The notes beneath the pieces are model-generated. The model was not told the origin of the DNA and did not search any database. It saw only the letters and a program-made list of their open reading frames with translations. From the NCBI RefSeq assembly GCF_000011805.1, contig NC_006840.2: a stretch of DNA of 32,000 nt. The stretch is one strand, 5' to 3'. This DNA comes from Aliivibrio fischeri ES114. Its GTDB lineage: Bacteria > Pseudomonadota > Gammaproteobacteria > Enterobacterales > Vibrionaceae. Made by a program: the position numbers and the translations under genes. Of this stretch, positions 18,016 through 28,164 are shown in pieces (position 1 is the stretch's first letter; each line of letters begins with the position of its first letter).

Positions 18016-20871
18016 TTATTTAAGCCAATGCTCCCAAGCTTTTATTACTGCGTTTCTTTCACCACTGAATTTATCGTCTTCAACGTCGGCATCAAAACCA
18101 AGTAAATTACGGTGATGTATTTCATTTCTTAATGTGCAATAAGCCTCAATGAGCTCATTTGCAGTACCATTGTCCATCACATCTTGCTGAGCAAAACTTT
18201 CAAATATTCTAACGTTATCTGACCAATGGGTTAACTTTGGAAGCGTATGACTGTATTTCAAAACAAGATATTGTGCCAAAAACTCAATATCTGTAATTCC
18301 CCCAGCATCTTGCTTAATCATGAAGCGATGTGCTTTTTTCCCACCAAGGTGATCACGCATTTTTTCTCGCATATCAAGAACATCTTGTTTTAGCTTTTCA
18401 TCTTCTCGCTCTAAGCACAAAATCTCATGACGCGTGACTTTAAAAACCTGCTGCAGTTGTTCATCGCCATAAATCATACGAGCTCGAACCAGAGCTTGAT
18501 GCTCCCATGTCCACGCATCTTCTCTTTGATATTCATCAAACGCCTCACTCGTACTAACCAGTAGACCCGATGCGCCAGATGGACGCAAACGAGTATCCAC
18601 TTCATACAAAATGCCTGATGCGGTACGAACTGAAAAGATATGAATAATGCGCTGCGCTAATCGTAGATAAAACTGACGTCCATCAATCTCTTTTTTACCA
18701 TTGGTATACGTATTCACATCACAATCGTGCATGAATACGATATCGAGATCGGAGTTATAACCTAACTCCCATCCGCCCACTTTACCATAACCAATAACCG
18801 CAAAACCTTTACTATCTCTACCTTCTAAATGAGAGGGTTCACCAAACTTCTCTGTTACTTGTAACCAAGCTTGGTTTACAACCGCTTCTACTATTGCTTC
18901 TGATAGATAAGTTAAGTGATCACTCACTTTCATTAACGATAATCCACCAGCAATGTCTGATGCAGCAATCCTAAGCAAGCCTATTTGCTTAAACTGACGC
19001 AACGCTTCCATTTGCTGTTCCATATCATCTTCAGGAATACGAGCTAAAAACTCGCGCAATTCGACTTTATATTGGCTTAATTCAATAGGATTATAGAGTT
19101 GGTTAATATCCAATAGTTCATCTAATAATATTGGATATCGCGTTAATTGCTCTGCAACCATTGGACTTGCTGAACACAAACGAACTAAATGCTGCAATGC
19201 TCCATTATGTTCATCCAATAGTTCAAGGTACGTTGTTCTAGTTGCAATGGCCTGAATCAATTTAGTTAAGCGAGGTAAAGTATCTGCTGCGTCTTCTCGC
19301 TTAATCACAATATTGAACAATTTCGGCATTAAATGCGTAATCGCATCTCGCCCTCTTGGCCCTAAGGTTTTCTTTTTAAGCTCACCTTTAAAGTCAATAA
19401 TCTGATTAGTGAGTTGTACTGATTGCTCTGGATTGAGCTCTTCGAGAATGTGTTCTAGTACTTCTTTGTTATGAGACATATCCCATAACTCACGGTAGGA
19501 TGAATCGGTACTGTTATCTGACTCGTCGTCATCGCCAATCAGGTCATGAAACACCGCATGAATTGATGTCATATGTTGCTGTATTTCTGCATACAAGGTT
19601 GACCAATCTTGCATTCCCATCGCAAAAGCTAAACGTATTTGATCTCTTTCATCATCAGGTAGCGTCTGCGTTTGTTTGTCATTGATGGCTTGTAACAAAT
19701 TTTCTAAACGTCTTAAAAAGCAATATCCCGCCATCAAGGTATCAACATCTGAAACAGAAAGTTGTCCTAATTCTTTAATCGCAGATAAGGTTTCTAATAA
19801 CCCACGACCACGTAATGATGGTTCACGCCCACCACGAATGAGTTGGAATACTTGAGCAATGAACTCAACTTCTCTAATACCACCTGCACCTAATTTAATA
19901 TTGTTACTTAATCCACGACGGCGAACTTCACTGGTGATCATGGATTTCATTCGACGTAATGCTTGAATGGCACCAAAATCAATATAACGACGGAAAACAA
20001 AGGGACGCAGCATTTGGCGAAGTTCTTGATAATGGCTATACGTTTCTTTACCCATTACTCGCGCTTTTATCATTGCATAACGTTCCCAGTCACGCCCTTG
20101 CTCTTGATAATAGTCTTCCAACGCAGCGTAACTCATGACTAATGGTCCACTATCTCCAAATGGACGAAGTCGTAAATCAACTCGATAACAGAAACCATCA
20201 AATGTTTTTTGATCTAATGCTTTAATCAGCTTTTGCCCTAATCGAGTAAAAAATTGCGCATTAGCAATGCTACGACGAGCGCCTTCTGTCTCACCGTTTT
20301 CAGGATACGTAAAAATCAAATCTATATCGGATGAGAAATTCAACTCTCCACCACCCAATTTCCCCATACCGATAATGAGCATGGGTTGCTCTTCACCTTT
20401 CGCGTTCTTAGGTGTTCCCCAATCAATACACGCTTGCTTATATAGCCATTGATACGACTCAACAATTAGGGTTTCAGCCAGTAAAGATAGGTGAGATAAG
20501 CTTTGCTCTAATGACCAATTGGATATCTCATTATGAGCTAAATTAAAATCCAGCCATGCAATGTAACTCATCTCTCGACGGCGAAAATAGCGAAGCTCCC
20601 GCATTAAGCTATTTTCATCGGTACATTTCACTAACTGAGCTTGTAATAACTCTCGATATTGTTCACCACGGCACTCCACCTCGAATAAACGTGGAAAATG
20701 CTGACAAAGATATTCATCTTGTTCAAACGCCTCATGAAGAAAGTCACTGCACCCCAAAGCTATCATTAATTGAGTTTTAAACGTTTCAGGCCACGATTGA
20801 ATATGGTCACGATATGTAAGCTCTTGCAAACGATGTTCAGCGAGAGAAAGTAGAGATGATGGCAAAGACAT
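18016..20871 (-). CDS. glnE: bifunctional glutamine synthetase adenylyltransferase / adenylyl-removing enzyme
   Basis: Two nucleotidyltransferase cores ([18 protein letters not shown] and [18 protein letters not shown]), collinear with E. coli GlnE. Start set at MSLPSSLL (20871), with AAGGA 5 nt upstream. The ORF-track start is 20895. Confidence 0.95.
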   Translation of the reverse strand: MSLPSSLLSLAEHRLQELTYRDHIQSWPETFKTQLMIALGCSDFLHEAFEQDEYLCQHFPRLFEVECRGEQYRELLQAQLVKCTDENSLMRELRYFRRREMSYIAWLDFNLAHNEISNWSLEQSLSHLSLLAETLIVESYQWLYKQACIDWGTPKNAKGEEQPMLIIGMGKLGGGELNFSSDIDLIFTYPENGETEGARRSIANAQFFTRLGQKLIKALDQKTFDGFCYRVDLRLRPFGDSGPLVMSYAALEDYYQEQGRDWERYAMIKARVMGKETYSHYQELRQMLRPFVFRRYIDFGAIQALRRMKSMITSEVRRRGLSNNIKLGAGGIREVEFIAQVFQLIRGGREPSLRGRGLLETLSAIKELGQLSVSDVDTLMAGYCFLRRLENLLQAINDKQTQTLPDDERDQIRLAFAMGMQDWSTLYAEIQQHMTSIHAVFHDLIGDDDESDNSTDSSYRELWDMSHNKEVLEHILEELNPEQSVQLTNQIIDFKGELKKKTLGPRGRDAITHLMPKLFNIVIKREDAADTLPRLTKLIQAIATRTTYLELLDEHNGALQHLVRLCSASPMVAEQLTRYPILLDELLDINQLYNPIELSQYKVELREFLARIPEDDMEQQMEALRQFKQIGLLRIAASDIAGGLSLMKVSDHLTYLSEAIVEAVVNQAWLQVTEKFGEPSHLEGRDSKGFAVIGYGKVGGWELGYNSDLDIVFMHDCDVNTYTNGKKEIDGRQFYLRLAQRIIHIFSVRTASGILYEVDTRLRPSGASGLLVSTSEAFDEYQREDAWTWEHQALVRARMIYGDEQLQQVFKVTRHEILCLEREDEKLKQDVLDMREKMRDHLGGKKAHRFMIKQDAGGITDIEFLAQYLVLKYSHTLPKLTHWSDNVRIFESFAQQDVMDNGTANELIEAYCTLRNEIHHRNLLGFDADVEDDKFSGERNAVIKAWEHWLK

Positions 20872-21016
20872 GATATTCCTTATCGAAAATTCCATTCATT
20901 CCAATTCAATCGAATAAATGAATCGGTTATGTTAACAAGCAAAATAGCCATATACTTATTTGGATTAGTAGCATAATACATAGAGCAAATAACACTGTGC
21001 CAAATTTTAGTTTTAG

Positions 21017-21055
21017 CCGCAAACAAAAACGCCTACAACTGGAGTGTAGGCGTTA
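21017..21055 (-). terminator. rho-independent terminator of the chemoreceptor gene
   Basis: AACGCCTACA-ACTGGAG-TGTAGGCGTT (21029..21055), a 10-bp stem. On the minus strand it is followed by TTTTGTTTG. Confidence 0.8.
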
Positions 21056-21076
21056 TTAATTTTAAAGTCGGATAAG

Positions 21077-22678
21077 CTAGATTTTAAAAACCTTCATTTT
21101 TGACTCTAACTCTTCTGCATTTTTCTGCATTTCTTCTGAGGTTTCCGTTAATTCAGTCATCACCACAACAGAAGCATCAACCAACTCTCTCACATTGGTT
21201 AGGTTTTGATCCATTTCTTCTGCTACGCTGCTTTGTTGATCAGCCGCACTTGCGATCTGGAAATTCATTTCGTTGATTTTATTTACTTGCTCAACAATGC
21301 GATCGAGTTCAGATCCTGCATTCGTAACAAGTTCAACGCCTTCCGCCGCTTCAACTACGCTTTTTTCCATCAACTCTACTGCTTGATTAGCACTATTTTG
21401 AAGTTGCGTGATCATATCTTGAATTTCGACTGTTGCTCCTTGAGTGCTTTGAGCAAGATTTCTCACTTCATCGGCAACAACTGCAAAACCACGACCAGCA
21501 TCACCAGCACGAGCAGCTTCAATTGCCGCATTAAGAGCAAGTAAGTTAGTTTGTTCTGAAATACCACGAATGGTTTCAACAACAGAGCTAATAGAAACCA
21601 CTCGTTCTTCAACTTGATTGACCACTTCAGCTGACGCTGCAATATCGCCAGACAATGCTTGGATCTTAACAATCGTACCTTCTACAAACTCTTGACCAAT
21701 ATTCGCTTGAGATTGAGCTTGTTCAGTTCCAATTGAAGCATTACGTGCATTCTCAGCCACATTTTGAACCGTTGAGTTCATTTCACTCATCGCTGTTGCT
21801 AGCTGGTCAATTTCTGCAAACTCCTCTTGAGCCGCTTCCTTTGTACCTTCCATACTAATAGTCATGATTTCAGTTAAACCCGCTAGCTCTTGAGAAGCTG
21901 ATAACTGAGTCTCAACAACACTCTTTAGTTGTAATCGTGTTTTATTCAACTCTCTTGCTAAATCACCAAATTCATCTTTACAGTTCATCTCTACTGGCTC
22001 TGATAAATTTTGCTCCGCGATCTGCTTCATTGACGTATTCAAATATTTCATTTGTCTCAACATAATGCTTGAAGCACCAAGTAAAATAACCATGAATGAC
22101 ACAATCATTGCCAAGGTTTGCCAGATCACTTGTGTGAGATAATCTTGATAATATTGCTCTGCAACACTGGCTGATTGAGAGGCCACAACAACCCAGTTAT
22201 GATCTGGAACTTTAACGGCTGACTCATATCGAGTGTGATCAAGTAATGAATAGGTTTTATTAGAAGCGAGTTGTTCAAATACTTTTTGCAATGACCCACC
22301 GTCGTCTAGCGATTGAGTCAAAGATGACAGTGCTGTCGCTGATTGGTGCCCAAAGACTTTACCACTATCACGATCAATAACATAAATGTAGTTACCATCT
22401 TTCCAGCCCTTAGCTTGAATTGTGATGGCTTCTGCAGCTAACTCTTTTCCTTCAGCGTTATAATTAAGTAGACGATTAACAAGTTCAGCATTCGCCATTG
22501 CTGATTCTTGTGCTCGCTCTTTCTGAATAGTAATAACGGATTGATAAAATGTGTTTGCATCCCATAACTGTTTCGTTACCAACAATATAGTACTAAATAC
22601 CATTAACATGACCAACTTTGGTACCAGTTTAATATCGGTGACTAGCCTTTCCCATGGCTTAAACGTTATTACTGACAT
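21077..22678 (-). CDS. methyl-accepting chemotaxis protein with a periplasmic Cache-like sensor
   Basis: 533 aa. The layout is TM1 (~res 20-37), a ~150-aa periplasmic domain with a Cache-like core ([16 protein letters not shown]), TM2, HAMP, and then the signalling hairpin tip [35 protein letters not shown]. There is no C-terminal NWETF-type pentapeptide (it ends KVFKI). Confidence 0.92.
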   Translation of the reverse strand: MSVITFKPWERLVTDIKLVPKLVMLMVFSTILLVTKQLWDANTFYQSVITIQKERAQESAMANAELVNRLLNYNAEGKELAAEAITIQAKGWKDGNYIYVIDRDSGKVFGHQSATALSSLTQSLDDGGSLQKVFEQLASNKTYSLLDHTRYESAVKVPDHNWVVVASQSASVAEQYYQDYLTQVIWQTLAMIVSFMVILLGASSIMLRQMKYLNTSMKQIAEQNLSEPVEMNCKDEFGDLARELNKTRLQLKSVVETQLSASQELAGLTEIMTISMEGTKEAAQEEFAEIDQLATAMSEMNSTVQNVAENARNASIGTEQAQSQANIGQEFVEGTIVKIQALSGDIAASAEVVNQVEERVVSISSVVETIRGISEQTNLLALNAAIEAARAGDAGRGFAVVADEVRNLAQSTQGATVEIQDMITQLQNSANQAVELMEKSVVEAAEGVELVTNAGSELDRIVEQVNKINEMNFQIASAADQQSSVAEEMDQNLTNVRELVDASVVVMTELTETSEEMQKNAEELESKMKVFKI

Positions 22679-22784
22679 AGTTTCTCCCGCAACCTTTCAG
22701 AATTAAATTTTTTAGTGCATGATAAAAATGCTTCATGCAGATACACACATCACTTTTGTTTTTAACGGAAATGCATAAATAATT

Positions 22785-23549
22785 ATGATGAATCATAACA
22801 AAGTTGACCTTAAACCGATGAGCTTAATGTCACTGATACTTTCCTTTTTATCGCTAATTGTGATCTCTAGCTTACTGTTTGTACCACTAGAACATAATAG
22901 CCGCACAATACTGATCGCACTTGATACTATTATCTGCGTACTCTTTTTATTTCAACTATCTCTAGACTTATTCCGAACAAAACATAAAACACAATATTTA
23001 AAAGATCATTGGATAGATTTTGTTGCTAGCATTCCGATTATTGAACCTGTTCGTTATGCTCGTATTTTTCACATTCTGCGTGTTTTCCGCTTACTGCGTT
23101 CTAGCCAATCATTACTAAAACAAATCCGTTCAAATCGAAAAGAGGCCACGATTGCTTCTATTTTAGTATTAATGGTTAGCCTTATTTCGTTAGGCTCTGT
23201 CTTTATGTTGATGTTTGAAGGCCATAACCCTAACGCTAACATACAAACCGCAGGAGATGCTGTATGGTGGGCCTTTGTGACTATTTCAACAGTTGGATAC
23301 GGGGACCATTATCCAATAACAGTGGCAGGAAAAATTTTAGCTGTAATGATTATTTTATCTGGTGTTGGCATTTTCGGTATGATCTCAGGCTTAATAACAT
23401 CGATCATCACAGAGCCTGCAAAACTAGAACAAAGACGACATGAACAACAAGAAAAGCGAGAAAGAGATGAAAAAATCAATTTACTCTTACAACAGCAAGC
23501 TGAAATTCTGAAAAAAATTGAATTAATTGAAAATAAAAAAGAGAAGTAA
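22785..23549 (+). CDS. voltage-sensor-containing (6-TM, Kv-type) potassium channel
   Basis: K+ selectivity filter TVGYGD. The S4-like helix RYARIFHILRVFRLLR has a basic residue every third position, with acidic residues in the preceding helices (LDTII, WIDFV). The C-terminal tail is charged and coiled-coil-like. The start is uncertain: ATGATG at 22785 or Met12 at 22818, and no clear SD is seen. Confidence 0.85.
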   Translation: MMNHNKVDLKPMSLMSLILSFLSLIVISSLLFVPLEHNSRTILIALDTIICVLFLFQLSLDLFRTKHKTQYLKDHWIDFVASIPIIEPVRYARIFHILRVFRLLRSSQSLLKQIRSNRKEATIASILVLMVSLISLGSVFMLMFEGHNPNANIQTAGDAVWWAFVTISTVGYGDHYPITVAGKILAVMIILSGVGIFGMISGLITSIITEPAKLEQRRHEQQEKRERDEKINLLLQQQAEILKKIELIENKKEK

Positions 23550-23613
23550 TCAACCCAATGTAGGGAGATGACTTCTCTTCTTTGTTAATCCTAACTCTTA
23601 TTAACTAAGAGTT
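23539..23613. terminator. terminator region between the convergent K+ channel and ygiF genes
   Basis: There are two hairpins. The first is AAGAGAAGT (23539..23547, spanning the stop codon) pairing with ACTTCTCTT (23571..23579), followed by CTTTGTT. The second is AACTCTTA-TTAAC-TAAGAGTT (23593..23613). Both are AT-rich, so strength is uncertain. Confidence 0.45.
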
Positions 23614-23629
23614 GGATAAATAACTACCG

Positions 23630-25147
23630 CTATTGCCAATAAGGAGGATACTCAAGCCCTGCTCGACGAGTTTGCTCCATAGCATGCAAAATTGATCGCT
23701 CTTGACGCAACAACCAACGCTCAAGTTGCTCTTTCTCTTCTTCATCTTCCAGAAGCTGCACTCTTGAACGTAATGGCTCTAAACTCATCAAATCACCAAT
23801 ACCTTGTAATAAATCTAACCAAGGTAATCGGAATCCTTTTCTTCGCTCTTCATCATAAATAAGAGCAAAACAAGTACCTGTCATCAAATTACGGCGTAAA
23901 CGCATTTTCTGTTTAAAGTAATCAACAGGTAATAATTGATTTTCAGTAGAGAAAGCAGAATCTAACGCTTCCCAAGTACGATCAAGCAATATACCAGAAT
24001 GACTATCAATAGATTCTTGTAACACTTGACGTTTTTTATCATCAAGGAAAGGCTGCCAATCACGAGTTAAAATCCAACGACTTAAATCCAGCAGTAGCCC
24101 ACAATAACGAGCCGACATCAGCAACTTCATCATTGCATCCGTCGTTGGTAACGCTTCCGCACTCTCTTTTAAGCTAGCAACTAAAAATTTACGTGCATCT
24201 AATTTTCTTAACACGTGGCCTTTTTCTTCTATTAAATACTCAAGGTGTTCAGACTCATCAAGCCAATGCAACTCTTCTTCTAACCATTTCAGCTCTTGAC
24301 GCAATAACTCACTGGCTCGTTTTGGCACCATTTCACCAAATACCAAGAAAATTTGTCGTAAGAATGCGATAGCAATACGAATTTCTTGTAGTGCTAATTT
24401 ATCCTGAGTATCGATATAAATTTGTTCATGATAATGCCAATGTGACAACGCATGTTCTAGAGAATTAACAAAGCACGTTTCTACACTATCGCTTGATTCG
24501 GTTCTTACTAATGTTAACGGTTTTACGCTATCCGCAGGCGTATCCATCGCTAAACGATACCCTTTTGCCGCTTTACTTTGGTTGCCCAATCGCATTCCAC
24601 CAGAGCTACACAAATCACGAGCTAGAGTAAATAGAGCATCCGTTTGACCCGATTTCAGTTCTAATTCCACTTCACAAATCGGTGTAGTTTTATCACCCGA
24701 AATCACCTCACCTTGGTCAAATGCCAATTCAATTTCACTGCCATCAGGCATAGCAACTAACCATTGTTGACGAACAAAATTGGTAGAAAAAAGAGGAGAA
24801 AGTTGCTGCTGAAGATCTTCTAAAGCAATGTCATCAGGCCATGCATCGGAAGGATGTAAATAGACATTTGGAATGTCAGAATCGTGATCTGCATTGTATT
24901 CTGGTCGTTGATGCAAACCAGCAACAACTCTTCCCGCAGTCTTTAATGTTTGAATGCGTTCATCATTAAATCGTCGGATTCTAAGTCCAGTATCATGCTT
25001 ACGAAGATGCTGTTCAGGAGTATCAAAATAGATGTTTCCTAGGTTAAGACAGCTTTGTTCTATGACTTTCGCGCCTGAAATTTTGTCTATAATAGTGTCT
25101 ACAAACTCAGGAAATACAAAAAATTTCAATTCTATTTCAGTTTCCAT
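23630..25147 (-). CDS. ygiF: CYTH + CHAD domain inorganic triphosphatase YgiF
   Basis: METEIELKFFV carries the CYTH ExExK motif and aligns with the E. coli YgiF N-terminus MAQEIELKFIV. The helical C-terminal half is CHAD-like. Start set at 25147, with GAGGT 4 nt upstream. The ORF-track start is 25207. Confidence 0.88.
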   Translation of the reverse strand: METEIELKFFVFPEFVDTIIDKISGAKVIEQSCLNLGNIYFDTPEQHLRKHDTGLRIRRFNDERIQTLKTAGRVVAGLHQRPEYNADHDSDIPNVYLHPSDAWPDDIALEDLQQQLSPLFSTNFVRQQWLVAMPDGSEIELAFDQGEVISGDKTTPICEVELELKSGQTDALFTLARDLCSSGGMRLGNQSKAAKGYRLAMDTPADSVKPLTLVRTESSDSVETCFVNSLEHALSHWHYHEQIYIDTQDKLALQEIRIAIAFLRQIFLVFGEMVPKRASELLRQELKWLEEELHWLDESEHLEYLIEEKGHVLRKLDARKFLVASLKESAEALPTTDAMMKLLMSARYCGLLLDLSRWILTRDWQPFLDDKKRQVLQESIDSHSGILLDRTWEALDSAFSTENQLLPVDYFKQKMRLRRNLMTGTCFALIYDEERRKGFRLPWLDLLQGIGDLMSLEPLRSRVQLLEDEEEKEQLERWLLRQERSILHAMEQTRRAGLEYPPYWQ

Positions 25148-25332
25148 AATGACCTCATAACCGTTGTCTTTCCAAGGATATGGCTTAAACTGTTCGGTAT
25201 CAAGCAAGAAATAATGCCCAAACCATGATCTAAAGTAGTTTTATTGAGTCTAGGATTGGGTTAACATTCGCGCCTTTATGGCCATCGTCTAACAAATCAC
25301 CATTAGGTGCTTGTTTTATAGGTTAAGAAACC

Positions 25333-26013
25333 ATGCCAGTAAATACTATTATGGGGTTATTCGCAAAGTCCCCTATGAAACCTTTGCAGCGTCACGTTGT
25401 TTGTGTCAATGAATGCTGCTCACTTCTTGTTCCGTTTTTCGAAACGTGCACAAAAGGTGATTGGGAAAAAGCGAATGAAATTCGTACGCAGATTTCTCAT
25501 TTAGAGAAAGAAGCGGATGTATTAAAACGTGAAATCCGTTTGAAGCTTCCACGCGGTTTATTCATGCCAGTTGATCGTACCGATATGCTTGGTCTTTTAA
25601 CTCAGCAAGATAAACTTGCTAACTTAGCTAAAGATATTGCTGGCCGCGTTGTTGGTCGCCAACTTGAAATTCCAAGCTCCATGCAGGATGCATTTTTAGC
25701 TTATGTTCAACGCTGTTTAGATGCTGCTAGTCAAGCACAAGAAGTAATCAGCGAATTGGACGAGCTATTGGAAACAGGCTTTAAAGGACGTGAAGTCACT
25801 TTGGTTGCAGAGATGATCAATAAATTAGATATCATTGAAGATGATACTGATGAATTGCAAATTAAACTGCGCCAACAACTCATGAGCATCGAACACAAGT
25901 ACAATCCGATCGATGTTATGTTCCTTTATAAAATCCTTGAGTGGGTTGGCGGCATTGCCGACCAAGCACAACGTGTTGGTTCTCGTTTAGAACTAATGCT
26001 ATCTCGCTCATAA
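25333..26013 (+). CDS. DUF47 / TIGR00153-family protein (PhoU-like accessory protein of PiT transporters)
   Basis: 226-aa helical protein immediately upstream (27-nt gap) of a PiT-family transporter. This is the arrangement known for the YkaA-type DUF47-Pit pair. Family assignment is by recalled similarity and context. Confidence 0.75.
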   Translation: MPVNTIMGLFAKSPMKPLQRHVVCVNECCSLLVPFFETCTKGDWEKANEIRTQISHLEKEADVLKREIRLKLPRGLFMPVDRTDMLGLLTQQDKLANLAKDIAGRVVGRQLEIPSSMQDAFLAYVQRCLDAASQAQEVISELDELLETGFKGREVTLVAEMINKLDIIEDDTDELQIKLRQQLMSIEHKYNPIDVMFLYKILEWVGGIADQAQRVGSRLELMLSRS

Positions 26014-26040
26014 GTTTGTGATTCAGTAACAGGTAATACA

Positions 26041-27321
26041 ATGGATATTCTTGCTAACTACGGCACGACCCTTATTTTAATCGCAGCCTTCTTTGGCTTC
26101 CTTATGGCTATTGGTATTGGTGCAAATGATGTTGCCAATGCAATGGGCACATCTGTAGGGTCTAAAGCACTAACAGTAAAACAAGCAATCATCATTGCTA
26201 TGATCTTCGAATTTGCAGGGGCATACCTTGCAGGTGGTGAGGTTACAGATACAATCCGCAAAGGGGTAATTGATACCTCTCTATTCGCTAGCCAGCCTGA
26301 AGTGTTAGTTTACGGTATGAGGTCAGCACTAGTTGCTGCTGGTACTTGGCTATTACTTGCTTCTTACATGGGCTGGCCAGTATCAACAACTCACTCAATC
26401 ATTGGTGCTATCATTGGTTTCGCGTGTGTTGCTGTTGGTACTGAAGCGGTTGATTGGAGCTCAGTTCAAGGTATCGTTGGTAGTTGGTTAATTACCCCGC
26501 TTATCTCTGGTATCTTTGCTTATATGATATTTATCAGTGCTCAACGACTGATATTCGATACAGATAAGCCACTGATGAATGCGAAACGTTTTGTTCCTGT
26601 TTACATGTTCATTACGACTATGGTTATTGCTCTTGTTACGATCAAAAAAGGTCTAAAACATGTTGGCTTACATCTAAGTAATGGTGAGGCATGGGTTGCT
26701 TCTGCAGGTATTTCTGCATTAGTAATGGTTGGTGGTTACATGTATATTTCTCGTAAGTTTGCAAACACGGTAAACGATGAGAAAGACAGCCGTGGTTTTA
26801 CTGGCGTAGAAAGTATCTTCAGTACACTTATGGTTATCACTGCGTGTGCGATGGCTTTCGCTCACGGTTCAAACGATGTTGCTAATGCGATCGGTCCTCT
26901 ATCTGCTGTTGTTTCAACAGTTGAACACATGGGCGAAATCACAGCGAAAAGTACAATTGCTTGGTGGATCCTTCCTCTAGGTGGTATTGGTATCGTTGTA
27001 GGTCTTGCAACATTAGGTCACAAAGTGATGGCAACAGTTGGTACTGGTATTACAGAACTGACTCCTAGCCGTGGTTTTGCTGCTCAACTAGCAACAGCCT
27101 CAACGGTTGTATTAGCATCAGGTACTGGTCTTCCAATCTCTACAACCCAAACACTTGTTGGTGCGGTTCTAGGTGTTGGTTTTGCTCGTGGTATTGGCGC
27201 ACTAAACTTAGGTGTTGTTCGTAACATTGTGGCATCTTGGGTTGTTACCCTGCCTGCTGGTGCGTTATTAGCCGTTGTTTTCTACTACGGAATGCAAGCG
27301 CTCTTCGGTATCGGCGCATAA
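26041..27321 (+). CDS. pit: inorganic phosphate transporter, PiT family
   Basis: 426-aa polytopic protein with the duplicated PiT signature GANDVANAMGTSVGS and GSNDVANAIGPLS. Confidence 0.92.
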   Translation: MDILANYGTTLILIAAFFGFLMAIGIGANDVANAMGTSVGSKALTVKQAIIIAMIFEFAGAYLAGGEVTDTIRKGVIDTSLFASQPEVLVYGMRSALVAAGTWLLLASYMGWPVSTTHSIIGAIIGFACVAVGTEAVDWSSVQGIVGSWLITPLISGIFAYMIFISAQRLIFDTDKPLMNAKRFVPVYMFITTMVIALVTIKKGLKHVGLHLSNGEAWVASAGISALVMVGGYMYISRKFANTVNDEKDSRGFTGVESIFSTLMVITACAMAFAHGSNDVANAIGPLSAVVSTVEHMGEITAKSTIAWWILPLGGIGIVVGLATLGHKVMATVGTGITELTPSRGFAAQLATASTVVLASGTGLPISTTQTLVGAVLGVGFARGIGALNLGVVRNIVASWVVTLPAGALLAVVFYYGMQALFGIGA

Positions 27322-27348
27322 GCGTAATCAATTTTGCAACAATGGCAC

Positions 27349-27378
27349 AAAGAGGAGAGTAATATCTCCTCTTTTCTT
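27349..27378 (+). terminator. rho-independent terminator of the DUF47-pit operon
   Basis: AAAGAGGAGA-GTAATA-TCTCCTCTTT, a 10-bp stem that runs into TTTTCTT. Confidence 0.7.
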
Positions 27379-27489
27379 GCATCTGGGCCTAATTATTTTT
27401 AGTATCTATACCTTCGTTTGAATCAATCAGATATCAACACTTGATGATCTGAAAATGATTCAGGGCCCATTTTTCAAAGGAATATTATT

Positions 27490-28101
27490 GTGAAGCATTT
27501 TATTAGCCTGATTCTACTTGCTTGGGCTATTGCTGCGCCAGCACAAGCTCAAACTCGTTATATTTCTGATAACCTGTTTACTTACATGCATTCAGGTCCA
27601 AGTAACCAATATAAAATTATTGGTAGTGTTAATGCCGGTGATCGCATCACTCAATTAGCAAGTAACAGAAGTACTGGCTTTACGCAAATCGTAGACACTA
27701 AAGGTCGTAAAGGCTGGGTTGAAAGTAAGTTTGTTTCTCGTCAACCAGGTTTAGGTGAACGTCTACCAAAAGTTGAAGAAGAATTAGCTTCAGTTAAAAC
27801 GCAACTTGCTAACGCACGTAAAGCGGCTAACAATGAAAAAGCTGGATTAGCTGATAGCTTAGAGCAACGTAATAAGCAAATTCAGGATTTAGAGCAAAGC
27901 TACAGCGATGTAAATAATCAGCTAATCAGCTCTCAAACAGAAGTTCGTGAACTACGAGCTAAGCTTGATACGCAAAAAGAAGACTTACTACTAAAATACT
28001 TTATGTACGGCGGTGGTGTAGCTGGTATTGGTCTACTGTTTGGCTTACTGCTACCACACATGATCCCAAGTCGTAAGAAGAAACCAAATGGTTGGTCTTA
28101 A
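27490..28101 (+). CDS. ygiM: SH3-domain protein YgiM (signal peptide, SH3b, coiled coil, C-terminal TM anchor)
   Basis: GTG start with AAGGA 9 nt upstream. Signal peptide ending APAQAQ, SH3b-like segment (GWVESKFV), a long coiled coil, and a C-terminal TM (GGGVAGIGLLFGLLL). Size and position before cca match E. coli ygiM. Confidence 0.85.
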   Translation: MKHFISLILLAWAIAAPAQAQTRYISDNLFTYMHSGPSNQYKIIGSVNAGDRITQLASNRSTGFTQIVDTKGRKGWVESKFVSRQPGLGERLPKVEEELASVKTQLANARKAANNEKAGLADSLEQRNKQIQDLEQSYSDVNNQLISSQTEVRELRAKLDTQKEDLLLKYFMYGGGVAGIGLLFGLLLPHMIPSRKKKPNGWS

Positions 28102-28120
28102 TCAATAAGTTTTATGACAT

Positions 28121-28150
28121 AAAAAAGCTCAGATTATTCTGAGCTTTTTT
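28121..28150. terminator. bidirectional rho-independent terminator shared by the convergent genes ygiM and gspB
   Basis: AAAAAAGCTCAGA-TTAT-TCTGAGCTTTTTT, a 13-bp perfect stem flanked by A6 and T6. Confidence 0.88.
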
Positions 28151-28164
28151 GTATGTGTTACAAA

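Noticed and set aside
20985-21002. A sigma54-like sequence upstream of glnE on the minus strand: TGGCAC-AGTGTTAT-TTGC. It is tempting because glnE is a nitrogen-regulation gene.
   Set aside because: The spacing between TGGCAC and TTGC is 8 nt, where the -24/-12 consensus strictly requires 5 nt (TGGCAC-N5-TTGC). A 3-nt excess is not tolerated by sigma54. I see no enhancer-like sites, and glnE is not known to be sigma54-dependent.
21206-21672. An antisense 112-aa ORF (21206..21544, plus strand) and an alternative-frame 69-aa ORF (21463..21672, minus strand) inside the chemoreceptor gene.
   Set aside because: They fall entirely within the highly conserved MCP signalling domain. The translated sequences are low-complexity with no start context. 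Long spurious ORFs are expected opposite heptad-repeat, Ala/Glu/Gln-rich coding sequence.
25148-25332. A Pho box (PhoB site) in the ygiF / DUF47-pit divergent region.
   Set aside because: Only isolated partial words occur (TTGTCTT, CTGTTCG), about 27 nt apart. A Pho box needs two CTGTCAT-like repeats at 11-bp periodicity. This cannot be supported by eye.
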